Origin: Enoplolaimus lenunculus
Lineage: Eukaryota
Assembly: GCA_030248215.1 (NCBI GenBank)
Contig: JASANG010000443.1
Span: forward strand, 62,001-126,000
Reading direction: 5' to 3'
DNA length: 64,000 bases
A program made the translations under genes and the position numbers. The notes below the pieces were generated by a model. That model made no database searches. It was not told the DNA's origin and worked only from the letters and a program-made list of their open reading frames with translations. Below, one piece after another: positions 1 to 12,800 of this stretch (its first letter is position 1; each line of letters starts with the position of its first letter).

Positions 1-603
1 GCTTTGTTCCATTGAATACGATTCAGAAAAAAACGCTTAAATGTTTACTTAAAGCCCATGCACACGTGCAATTTTTTGTAGCGAGAACTAGCAGCTGCAA
101 CTTGCCCGAAATACTTACAGATGCAAATAATTTCAAAGGAAAATGCCGATTGACCAGTAAAACTGTAGGTGCAAGAAATTCATGCAACTTGCAACTGTGT
201 AATTCGACTGAATATTGTGGAGCTGCAAAAACTTCAAATCTGCTTTATGATCAAACTTGCACAATGTAAGTTGTACGTGCTTTAAGTGTCAAAATTGCGA
301 CTAACAACACGGTACAAACAAAATTTCCAACGTTAGCGAAATCTAGAGAAAATCCGGTAATATTTTTTACTGAATGTTTCCGACATATGGGATATTTAAA
401 TCCAGTTGCACCATGACTGAATCCAATTTTTTACAATACTTAATTAAGAATACTGTTAAAAATAAACTTATAATGAAAAAGTTGCGCTGAATTTAAATTA
501 CAAAACTACATTTGCCAATATTGATAAACGCTAAAATCACTAAGCTACTAAAAACTAAACAATGCTGGAAAACGCCACCGCTTTCCAACAATCATTTACA
601 TAC

Positions 604-3600
604 CTCACAACGTTTGTGTAATTCCACATTTTCATTTTTCAGACGGTCGCATTCATCTTTCAGCTCCGAATTCAACTGTTCACTGTTCTCGATCTCGCGT
701 TTAGCACACAAGCCGCGCGCTGTTAACGTCAGCATCGAGGCCTAAATTTTTTTAATAAACAGATTACTACTTATAATAATGAACATAAATTGCATTCAAT
801 GAAAAAATAAAAAGCCGAAAAAACTGTACGTTTCCGAATAACATAAGAACAGTATATAAGTTATGTACTGCAAATTATTGCTAAAGTACAGCTAAACAAA
901 ATTATCGTGGGTAATGTTTATCACATCTTCTGAGGTTTTCCTTAGCTGCTCGCGAGGGGAAGAGCGAGCCCCCTAAATAACCTGAAGAGTACGGGTTTTA
1001 CCTAGGGATATGCCGATATCAAAATTTTTGCCGATACCGATGCCGATTCTAACTTTAGTATACCCTGCTTAATAAGCAGATAAAATACTACATTACGTTA
1101 TTATATGAAGGCTTAAACCCTAACCATAATAAACGATTATAATTTTATAAGAACGGTTAATTTCAATAATTAATTTTTTCAAACACAAACGCGAGAGATA
1201 ACAATTTTCCTAAGCAGACACACTATTGTGCGCCCAAAGATGAAATTGATAGCATTCCAACTGACTGTTATGTGCAAAAAGTATCGGCAAAAATTACCAA
1301 ATATTAAACCGCAACCAAAGATCGGTGGCTCCTGTGCAGAATCGTCAGGCATTCAAAACTAGATCTCTGAACCAATCAAAACACGACTTCACCTCGCATA
1401 ATAGGTAACCTGAGTTTCAATAAAATTAAGCGGCGGCGGTGCTGAGGCTCAAAATACTACCTAAATCACTCAGAATAATCCTCAATCTTTTTAGCACGAC
1501 TCGTAATAATGCAAGGACAGTTTTCCAAAAACTCACTTTCAAAGCTTCGATTTCATTCTGCAATCCACTTTCCATTTGAGTAGCATTTGCCTCAGACAAC
1601 CGTTTTCCTGCAACAACTTCTTCAATCTCACAACGCAAGCGTTCATTTTCAGCTGTGACTCGTTTGTAGTCATAGCACTGAAATATTAATCATATCACAT
1701 ACCTTTCTCAAATGTGTTAGCACCTATCGTCAGTTAATGAAAGCTCATATAGTCAGCTTCAAAATAGAACACATTATTGCATTTTTGACTTGTCCTGCTA
1801 CTGTGCAAATTTCGAAATCCGGAACGGCAGGAATTCGCTTCATTAAAAACCTGTCACAAACAGTTGATACGCGCAATACAAATCAAGAATACGACGAGTA
1901 CTGTCGAAAATCAAGCAATACTTTAGCAACAGACTTATACCTTACTTGGGTTTTTATCCGCCTTACTTCGCATGGTGATATACGAATTTTGTTTTTGAAA
2001 ATAACAAAACTTGTTGCAGATGCAAATTTTAATTTTAATTTCATCGTCAAAGATAAAATAAAAAACCGCTATTTTATGTTATTATGTCTCAACATAACTT
2101 TGCAAGTCAAACATCAAATCTTTCACAAACGGAAAATACAAATCAAAATTAACTCAGCTTTCAATTTTCTCATAATTGCGGCTCGAAACCAAACCAGGCA
2201 ATAAAGAGTTCATTTTTTACTTGAAACTATATCGAAAGTAAAACCTGCCTGTTGACAAAAAATACCGGAATCATAATCACAATTCGTCGGCCCAACGCAT
2301 TTGTCTTCCGAAGTGGATATGGATTTATGGAAACTAGTTTGACTACAGGTAGCTTCGACATATATTTCTGTCTGAATCTCTATATCACAGCTACCAATAT
2401 GTTCCTAAAATAAGCAAAACGAACCTCCAGTATTATAGTCTCACTTGTTCGCTAAGCTAAATTTTCCAGTTAGTTCCATTTTCTACCAGATCTTAAAATT
2501 TTATTTAGGCTTTAACCCAAAACATCAATGTAATATACTAATTAATCTTTATGGACTGAATTTATTTCTACAACGTGAACCAGTAATACATGACACCGTC
2601 ACACAGAATCATACCGACTGATTTTGAGTCGCAAATCGCAAGTACCGCATCAGATAGGAGCTATAGTTCAGCCTCCAATAAAACACTGCGTATACCAAAC
2701 ACACCGAAAATTTGCCTTTTCATTCAAAATATACAGTTCCATATCATAAATGCAGAAACAACTTAGAACCTTAAACAAAAAATGCTCAAAAAATACTGAA
2801 AAACAACTTGTAAAACAAACTCAAAGAATAAAGGTAGTGTATACTTGTTCGGCGCCCTACGTCGCCGTCCATCATCGTTCGCCATCGCGCGGTATCTTAC
2901 GCTAATTGCTCGCGTACGAAACCACACTGTGACGGACGACAACGGACGGTTCTGTACGACACGTATAAAGTCATCATAACCGGGCATGTACCTCAGACAA
3001 CTGTGGTAAAATTCTCGCTGCCGATTGAATTGCAAGCTGTTTCCAACTACTCGCTTCATCGTTCAAACAATTAATTTGACTTTCATGATCTCTGAGAAGT
3101 TCCTAAAATAGCTTAAACCCTATTTACACGTGTCCGTTTTCGCAGCGGGAACTTACACTTGCAACTTGCTGCTGCAAGGTTTATTAATAAGTTTGACCGT
3201 GAAGTATAGTTGTACGTTCATGTTGTAAAACTATTACATTTCTTTGCTTTTATACTACGAGATAACCTCAGAAAACTTTATTACTAGTTTTCACTAATAG
3301 TACAAGCACTCTACTAGCCATATGCCTCCAAATTTCTATATATCTATACATAGTAGTCAGAAGTTTAAAAATATGTTTCTTGGTATACTATATTTCTATT
3401 ATTTTGACAAAAGTCACTGTGAAATATTGTGATTTCTGTCTAAACTAATTACTCAATACAGAGTAGAATTATGTTATGCTTTGGTGCAATAAAAATCCGG
3501 CACTGTTGGATATCAGTGCCGAATGTAGAATTTTTTGCCAGATCCGGATATCTGGCTACAGACTGCTATATCTCCGTTAAACATCAACTATAACTTACCT

Positions 3601-6600
3601 CGATATTACTCTTCGCAGCGCCATGTTCACGTTGCAAATGCTGGATTCGGTCGTTAAGATCGTTTGTTTCGGCTTCAAATTTGTTTTCAACTTCAGTACA
3701 GCGCTCTCGGGCAGCGTTCAATTCTGCGTCGAGCGTTGTTATTTGTTCTAAAAACAAAACAAATCAAAACATTTTGATATTTTAAAAGCAATCACATTTC
3801 TGCTTATTTTCAAACGAATCATAAATCATGGTCAGGTAGATCACGCTTTCAATACGTACTGACAGACAGACGATTTAAGTCAGTAAACTTTTTCTTTCCA
3901 ACGCTCCGTCCTTCAATCGGCAAACGTTGCAAAAATAAAAAACGGCATCGCTATCGCCATCGGCACATCACTAATTACACCCAAAGCTCGCAATTCAAAA
4001 ACGAAGAAATTATGCATTTTATGCATCAAGTTCCTTACTCCATTACACGGCTCACTCACTTTCAAGTCTTTGCTTTTCCACAAGCCAAACTTCCGTTTCA
4101 GCTTTTCGCTCGGCAATTAATCGATGATTGTGTTCGACCAAATCTGAAATTTACAAAATTATTGTGGAAAGTAAAAGTAAGCGTAGTTTCATGCTATGTT
4201 TGGCGATTCAAACTTTATTGCTCTGCACCAACATATTCAGCGTAATTAGCAGCGTTTAAAAAGTGATAAAACTCAAGTCGAAACAGTCTATTGACAAACA
4301 AATTGCTAAACGTTCCATGATATTTTTATAGAACAAGTAGTCAGATATATTTCTTTCTTACGACACACTAGTGACAGGAGAATTAAAAATACAAGTTAAA
4401 GTCGTTATAATATTTCAACCGCTAGCGGCTGTATATACAGAGAATAAAGAATACAATAACGCTTGTGTTTTTCAGTATTGCGCACAAAAACCAAAATCAC
4501 TAAAAACCCAAAACTTATGTACACTAAATTTTTGTATTATGGCAACTTACGAGAAGACGCCTTTACCAAATCGCATGACAACGAGCCTAAACATTAAAAG
4601 TATAAACACTAACTCTAGTAGACTTGCCTATTGACATAAAACTAAACAAAATCGCAACGTATTTCATCTTGATGTAGCGGTAAACATGCTTGGCACGACT
4701 ACTGGCGTACCCAGAACGAAAGATTCAACCAGCTAGGAAGGGATATATATTAATATATAATATTATATATTATATATAATATATCCGGAATTCCTGCAAA
4801 AATTAACTTCTTGTTCCTCTTCGCTTTTGCAATTAGTTAAATTTTGTTAATCAACTGTCTCTGATGTGTTTTCGCAAAATTTGATGACGATAAGCAATTT
4901 TTTGGCAAGTTTTCTAGAAACTCCGAGCACGATGATAGAAACAATTTTTTTATTTGAAAATTTTTCAAAAAGGATGTCCTTTTTTCAAAACCTTTTACAA
5001 TAATTCCAGAGAGAATGTTCTTGAATCTCCCCTAGCTACGCTGAAGGATACGACCGCAACTGGTTCAACGTTTGACTTTCGGCAAGGTCTTAACTTTCGA
5101 CAAAACTTCGCGAAAATGTCTACATTTCCAAAATACAACATTTACATATACCGAAACAAAAAGCTGTAAACTTACCAACTACTGAATTCACTGACACTGC
5201 TGATGTTCGCGAAACAGCTAAAATTAAAATGTTTCGGTTACATATATATTATATGTATATATCCGCATATATCTCTACTCTGATATTTTTTGTTTTGCTG
5301 CTGCCGCCGCAGGGGATCGAGGGCCATTTTTTCAACCCCGTTTCCAAAATCCTGGACAGCCTATACAGGAGTAGTGTAAAATCAAAGTGCTCTTAAACTG
5401 TTGCAAGGGGCGCATCACTTTCTGTTACCAGCAGAAAACCTTGCGGACAACGTTTCCTAAAACTGTACAGATCCATTAATACACTGTATTATGTGCGTGT
5501 TTGAATAAAAAGTAAAACTTAATCACGCTAGTTTATGTTTTGCTATAATTTGTTACGTACGTATAAATTTGCTCAAACCAGAATTTTGGTATTAATTGTG
5601 CGTGCTGGTATACTTATATAATGTATCTCTCACGGTCAAATTTTAATTTTAATCTTGCTTCTGTGATACGGTACACAAAAATTCTGTATTATTTAGTAAA
5701 TTGCCTTCGATGAGTTATGTACAATAATTGATTATAATTTAGCTTGATGAACCCAAAATCATCCCCAATTTGTTCATGCGGCCTTTTTGAAAAATGTTGC
5801 TAGCCAACAGACACCCTAAATCAACATTTCGTATAACTGTCAATTCGGAACAACAAATTTGTAAGAGAATTGGAATTGGAATTCGAACTAAACAAAATAC
5901 CGGAGCAGGATGCTGTTTTTTGCTGTTTCAAAATATTCAGCTGTATCCTATAGCGCCCATCCGGCGCCACACGCTGGCTACTTACATCTATCTCTCGGGC
6001 TGGTACTCATATCCTGCATTGATTCGTGTCTTCCATTATCATTCATTTGACCATTAATTTTTAAATCTGTACCAGACGCAGACGAGTCCTGAATCGCCAC
6101 ATTTTCAGCAGTAACAAATTCACTGTGAGCCTCAGATGAATCCAACATAACATTGTTTGTGTTACCACCCTCCCCCAAGTCAAGTATACTAGCAAAGTCT
6201 TGGTTATCGTCCATCAAAGATTGACTCAGCAAATCAGACTCCATAAAACTAAGTTGATTGCGCAAATGCAATTCGGTTTCACCAGTTTTGTCGAAATTCT
6301 TCTTTAAAATATAATACTTTTCTAAAACAAATCACATTTTAGTCAAAAATGATCTTTGGATTTGAAAATTTTAATGATCGAATGTTACATATGCGGCACC
6401 AAAGTCAACAAGGTCGCCTTTTGATCGACCATCGTATTATTCAACAGGATACCATTTTCATTGTGTACAAACGCAGAAAAGTCACAAAAATTTAACTACA
6501 TTACATTTAAGTACGTACTATCAGACAAATTCAAAGGAAGAATTATTAGCTTCACTTCTCCGTTTTTACTTCAATTTGAACTTCTTGACTTGTCCAAAAA

Positions 6601-8518
6601 GGCAATCGCAGAAAGATTTTAAAGACAATCACTTAAAAAAGCAGTTTATAAAATTGGAAAATATCTGGGAACCAGTACGGTTTTTTACCGGATATTAAAC
6701 CGGATTAAAATATACGCTGGCTAGCACAAAAACAAAGACTACACATACTTTCTACCGACAGCGTAGACATTAGATGCCATACGTGTCTGGCAGGGTGCAA
6801 CCGGAATTCCGGTTCCGGCATTTTTTCACCTTCCGGTTCCGGTTCCGGTTCCGGTAAATTTTTACCGGATTTAAAAATTCCGGTGTTATAATTTGGCCGT
6901 GTGCTTAACTTTGCTAATTTTTAAAAATCTCTTTTGAAAACCACTTGTACTCCGAATATAAGCCAATGATGGTGGATTTCACTTCAGTCGACGACGAAAA
7001 TCTAAAATACAACAAATAAAATAAATACCTATGTTCGACTAAGGTTATTTCACAAATAATAGAGCAAAAAATAAGATTAAAATGAAATCTTTGGTGAAAT
7101 GCATTTTTCACTTTCCGGTTCCGGTTCCGGTAAAATTTTCAAATTCCGGTTCCGGTTCCGGTAAATTGTAATTCCGGTTGCACCCTGGTGTCTGGTCATG
7201 CGGTTCCGGAAAAAATGAGTATCCGGCACCGGTCTCCACAAAACTATTATCGGTTGATCCCTGGCATTACCTTGATACTTTTGAAGTTTGTTCAGTTTCT
7301 TCAGCAACAACTTTTTGATTGTCATCTCTTTGTTGTACATTCTTACTAACTGAATATAATTTGGCGTGCTGCTTCCAACGATGATTTCATCGACTGCAGT
7401 GCCATCTTCATTAGCAACAACAGCTGGTGGAGCGGAACACGCACGTGCAGCAGAGATCGGTGAGGCACTCGAACTAGAGGTTGATAGAATCTACAACGTA
7501 ATTGTCTCTAAACTTACATTCACCTATATGGCGCACCTGATCTGCAAGAATACATACATACACTTCGTATAACATTCCCAGAACTGTCAACTTGGACGCT
7601 ATTATAAGTAAATTTTCATTAAGGCGGTATCAAATTTCGTAAACGAGTATCTTAAAAAACCAGAAAAAACCCATATTTTGATTTCAAGCCAAGAATTTTC
7701 AGCAGGGCATACGGTTTGCATCGTGCTATAACAATGCGACCAAACAAAAAGCACATGTATTATTAACAACTGAAGCGTTTACTTCTTCAGTCCAACAGAC
7801 ACAGACACGTACGTACCTGAGAGCCGCTTTCTGAACAACCATCGTCAATTTGACTGCGATAGCGTTCGGCAATCAATATCACCTTTCCCGCATCTGTATT
7901 ATTTTCTAGTTCAATATTACCCGTTTCAACATTTAGTTGCTCTGCGAGATCGAAGGCTAATTTTTCAAACTTTTCCAAATGGTGTATACGTGAGACCATC
8001 GTATGTGCGCCTTCATCTAGTTGAGCGATCCGTTCACTAAGCACTTTAATTGTGTCCCGAGAGTTTTCGTAGTACGCCTTGTAGTACTCAGCATTGCGAC
8101 TGGCCACAACTAATTTCTTTTTAATTTCATCGAAAGTACTTTCATTTAGATCTGTATCTCCATTTTGTGCACCAACCGCATCAACGGGATCAACTAGATT
8201 TGTAGCATGAGCAATTTCATCTTCACTCGCATACGTAAGGCGATATTCCTCAACATTTGGAGTAAACGGTGACTTTAGCGTCTTCACTAGGGCATTTGAA
8301 GCATGGGCGGCAGCCAAAGCCGATTTCAGTTTCAAAACGCATTCGCGTAGCTTACCAATTTCACGTTCCTTCAAATTCCCATCATTTTTGAAACCATACC
8401 CAGTATTGTACACCGAAGCGGTTTGAAAGACATTTTTCAGCACCCCTTTTATATCAAATGGCAGCTCATCAGGGCCCAAACCAAGCTCGTTAGTTTGCAC
8501 TTCAATAGTTTGACTCAT
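604..8518 (-). CDS. Multi-exon coiled-coil-rich protein of unknown family; 3' end probably continues beyond window start
   Basis: Phase-compatible exons read by eye on the minus strand: 8518-7817 (ATG, MSQTIEVQ..GSQ), 7490-7271, 6321-5986, 5217-5176, 4143-4060, 3747-3599, 3102-2992, 2404-2249 (GC donor inferred), 1677-1537, 741-604. All other junctions are GT..AG with T-rich acceptors. The translation is rich in E/K/L/R heptad-like segments (e.g. KQITTLDAELNAARERCTEVENKFEAETNDLNDRIQHLQRE). No stop codon is reached in the window. Confidence 0.8.
6791..7187. mobile_element. hAT-like MITE (family E; CAGGGTGCAACCGG TIR, internal CCGGAA/CCGGTT repeats)
   Basis: TIRs cagggtgcaaccgg..ccggttgcaccctg flanked by a perfect 8-bp TSD gtgtctgg. 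Confidence 0.85.
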
Positions 8519-8849
8519 TTAACTTCTTCGACTTAAAATTTATATACAATTTACATTTTACACAGAAAATCTGTTTTACTACTAAACTGTTTTCATTTAA
8601 AATTAAAACTAAACATCCAGGACACGCTGGTTAAAAAATGTAAGCACAGTATTAGCCAAAAAGCTAAACATTTTTGAATTGCCGCTTTTGCAGCGTGTCA
8701 CTTCGTGAATTGACGCTGCGCTCAGTAACCATTCTGGCGAACTGTACAGTACTAGCTTAAAAACGAAAATTAAAGGCTAGCTTGAAGAGGTACGTCAAAT
8801 CCGCTTCGATTTTTACTTTTCCAAATCTATAAATTATCTTAAAATTAAT

Positions 8850-9065
8850 TGGCACTAGCTATGTATTAAAGAGCGCTGTGATAAGTTGGGTAGGCTAGGG
8901 TACGACAGTTTTTCAAGAGAGCTGTGATAAGTTGGGTAGGCTAGGGTACGACAGTTTTTCAGTTTTTAGCCCTCAGCAGCTGAACATGAGGGACGCTCAC
9001 AATTGGTTTCGAACTCGGATCGACAGCTTTTCAGTCCAGCGCGCTATCCACTGAGCCACGCCGCC
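8850..9065 (-). mobile_element. tRNA-derived SINE-like element
   Basis: The minus strand reads ggcggcgTGGCTCAGTGGatagcgcgctggactgaaaagctgtcgatccGAGTTCGAAACc, i.e. Pol III A and B boxes. The anticodon and acceptor stems do not pair well. The downstream body contains a 48-bp tandem duplication (8870-8961). Confidence 0.6.
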
Positions 9066-9804
9066 TCACAATCAACTGCTCAGTTTGTCTGTTTTTATGC
9101 CTTATAAGAACCTCAACATTATACACATGTATCTTGGTTCTCCCATGTTTTATACTGCTGCTGCATATGAAGGCACTACATAGGCAGCAGTGTTTTTACC
9201 GATGTACAGCATCAGCATGAGGTTTTATTATTTGCCTCCATGCATCCGCATGTCACAAGAGCAACTATGGAAACTTTGCATATGTGGAAAATATCTGGTA
9301 AAACTTGGGAAAAATAAATATTTAAGTGCTTCATTATTCGAGTAAAATGTTTGTATAAAACACACACAGTTCAAACATTTTGAGTATGTGTCAAAAGTAG
9401 ACTGCTTAACTGGTATCGATCTTTTTAAAAATCGAAAAAATTAGCATTATATGTTTGCGTTTGTATAAACAAAATTGCAACAGATAACCAAACACAAATA
9501 AATACTGGACTTGCTGTTGATTATCAGAGTTTTTAATCGTGTGAAATTGCAAAGGCAGATTTGCTTTGTTTACGCACATCGCAAACATTTCAGGTATACT
9601 TTTCGTATTCATTTTGGAAAGTTGTGTGTAGCTTTAGCTCTGAAATGTGGTGGAATCTGTATTGTTTGTTTACAGAAAACGTTTTTTGTTATTTCAAACG
9701 AGACGTTATCAGAAACAGGTGAAAAAAAGACTATTCCGCGCTACAATATACATTTAGATTGTAGTATAGTCCTTTATCGAATTAGTGAGTAATCCTGTAG
9801 GCGC

Positions 9805-12800
9805 ATGGATTTCCGTTCCGTTCCCGAAATTGAGGTTGAAGCCAAACGAGTACTGCCTCGCTACGCGTGGGAATTTTTTTCGACCGGCGCGGAAGATGAA
9901 AAATCGCTGAAACGCAACCTTGAAATTTGGAAAACGTAAGTTTGCTGTACAGCTTTGAAACGTTTGCTAATTTTTTACAGTAGCGTAGACAGTATACGCG
10001 GATGACCCATCATTGATGCGCACTTGTATAAATCGAAATTTTGCTAATGTATTATCGACATTTACTGATGTCTACGTAGCACGGTGCAACTATTGATGAA
10101 AAACACCAGAGCCGAAGACGCAGTCGGAGGTCAACAAAATTTACCGGAGCCGGAGGTCAACAAAATTTGCCGGAGCCGGGGGTGAGGCGAAACTACGTAG
10201 TTAAAATGTTTATTTTGTTAATTCTAGCAAATATCTGTATATGTTGTTAAATCGGCTGGCTTTACTCTTATTTATTACTAAATTATTTATTACTAAATCT
10301 CGGCAATGTTGCTTTTCAAAATTGTACCAAAAGTTAAAACTAAACGCTCCAAACAGATAAATTTTATAAAACTATGCAAAATTTCACAACCGAAATTGCC
10401 GGAAACTCCGGCAAAAATTGTACTGGTGCCGGAGCTGGAGGACAATTTTCTGCCGAAGCCGGAGTTGGAGGCAGACCTCTTGTTGCACCTGCTGTGTAGT
10501 TAGATATAAAATTTTTTTAGTCTCATCAATTGGACTCAGAGGTACAAAACAGCACTGCCCCCACCCTAACCGGTTGAAACAAAAACCGCTTAAATTTTAC
10601 AATGCGTCTAGCTTAGCGCTTGCTTCGATCGCGAGTTTTGGGGGCCCCCATCACGGAATATGGGGGAATCCCCAACCGATGCCTGCTCCGGCCCTGTAAT
10701 TAAAAACTTCAGGGTCTGCTTTAAATATGACAATTGGTTTATGGGTTAAAAACTGTGGTGTATGAGAGTTTACATAAAAAAATCGTTATTTCAGAATTTT
10801 AATAATTCCTCGATGTTTGCGAAATATGTCATCATGTAACCAACAAACAACATTGCTCGGCAAATTTCATTTGGATTCGCCAATCTGCATCGGTCCCACA
10901 GCATTCAATGCGTTTGCGCATCCTGACGGTGAAAAAGCAGTTGCTCGAGGTACTATTATGCTTCACAATTGTTGTCTTCCAAAGGAATTTGGTTTCATTC
11001 GGCCCATGTGAAGATCAGGAGCGGAACGTTTTTCTGTGGGACTGCAATAGAGTAAGCTTAAGCTTTGGACTAATGTTTTTGCTTGGCTTTAAGCTTAGGC
11101 TTTAGGCTTAGGAATATGCTCATTATTACGCTTAGGCTTTAGGCTTACGCTTTGGTTTAGGCTCTAGGAGTATGTTTATAATATCGTTCCGCTCCTGTTC
11201 TTTATATTGGTCAAACATTCGAAGTTTATAAGAGGGGTCTGGCGGATTTTGTCAAGTAAAATTAGTTTCAGAGCCCGTATTCTCAAATATGTGTAGCACC
11301 CACCTCCAGTTGATGTTAGGTTCTGTAACTTTGAACCAACACATCTTGAGGTTTGAAATTCAGCACATTGTTCGCCTTTGATTTGCCCTTCATCTGTACC
11401 AATTTTGAGACCTGCAATTTTAGACGTTCGTCAGTTTGAAAACCTATCGCTAACTGATGATAGATGCTATTCACATTTGAGAATATGGGCACAGGTTCCA
11501 AAAGTGTCTCAAAACTTTAGTCATTGAGAAGGTGAAGCGAAATTTATCACTGTACATTCCAATGAGTTGATTTAATCAATTCAACTAGCGAGCGGATTAT
11601 TTCTGAATTATATAATATCAATAAACTTTGACTCACTCTGAGTTGGAGTTGATTCTCACTCTGAGTTGAGGTGACCCTGGACGAGTTGTTGAAATAAACT
11701 CAGAATGAATTTAATGAACTCAAAATTCTGAGTTCTGATAGTCCTAACTCAAACGTTAAAATTTAGGTCGAATAATAAAATTAAATCATTTTCGATTGCT
11801 TTAACAGTGAATCTGCAAAACGCACCACATCTTTTTTGAGATATCTTGGTAGTTAAAGGTTCCAAAATTTTCCCAATGTTAAGCTTAAATAAGATCAAAC
11901 TTTTGCAAAAATACCAAAAAATTACCTTCAAGAAAAGGTCAAACTAAGTTTGGGTTGCAGGTAGACCTGCGGTGTACCGTTGCGTCAAGCTTACGCTCGC
12001 TTAGCTCGCAAATTGTTCAAAACTCAACATTTACTGCGTTCATTGGTTGTTTTCCAGTGAGTTGATTTTAACTCAGAATGAGTTGAATCCACTCAGAAGG
12101 CAGAGAAGTCAGAATGAGTTGAATCCACTCAGATGGCCGAGAAGTCATAATGAGTTGAATCCACTCAGAAGGCCGAGAAGTCAGAATGAGTTGAATCCAC
12201 TCAAAAGGTTGAGAAGTCAGAATGAGTTGAATCCACTCAGAAGGCAGAGAAGTCATAATGAGTTGAATCCACTCAGAAGGCTGAGAAGTCAGAATGAGTT
12301 GAATCCACTCAGAAGGCTGAGAAGTCAGAATGTGTTGAATCCACTCAGAAGGCTGAGAAGTCAGAATGAGTTGAATCCACTCAGAAGGCTGAGAAGTCAG
12401 AATGAGTTGATCCACTCAGAAGGCAGAGAAGTCATAATGAGTTGAATCCACTCAGAAGGCTGAGAAGTCAGAATGAGTTGAATCCACTCAGAAGGCTGAG
12501 AAGTCAGAATGAGTTGAATCCACTCAGAAGGCTGAGAAGTCAGAATGAGTTGAATCCACTCAGAAGGCTGAGAAGTCAGAATGAGTTGAATCCACTCAGA
12601 AGGCTGAGAAGTCAGAATGAGTTGAATCCACTCAGAAGGCTGAGAAGTCAGAATGAGTTGAATCCACTCAGAAGGCAGAGAAGTCATAATGAGTTGAATC
12701 CACTCAGAAGGCTGAGAAGTCAGAATGAGTTGAATCCACTCAGAAGGCTGAGAAGTCAGAATGAGTTGAATCCACTCAGAAGGCTGAGAAGTCAGAATGA

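Noticed and set aside
1737..2204. 155-aa plus-strand ORF
   Set aside because: Antisense within an intron of the coiled-coil gene, with AT-rich composition and no recognisable motif.
8990..9065. Functional tRNA-Phe gene on the minus strand
   Set aside because: A and B boxes are present but the anticodon and acceptor stems do not pair. Treated as a SINE head or pseudogene.
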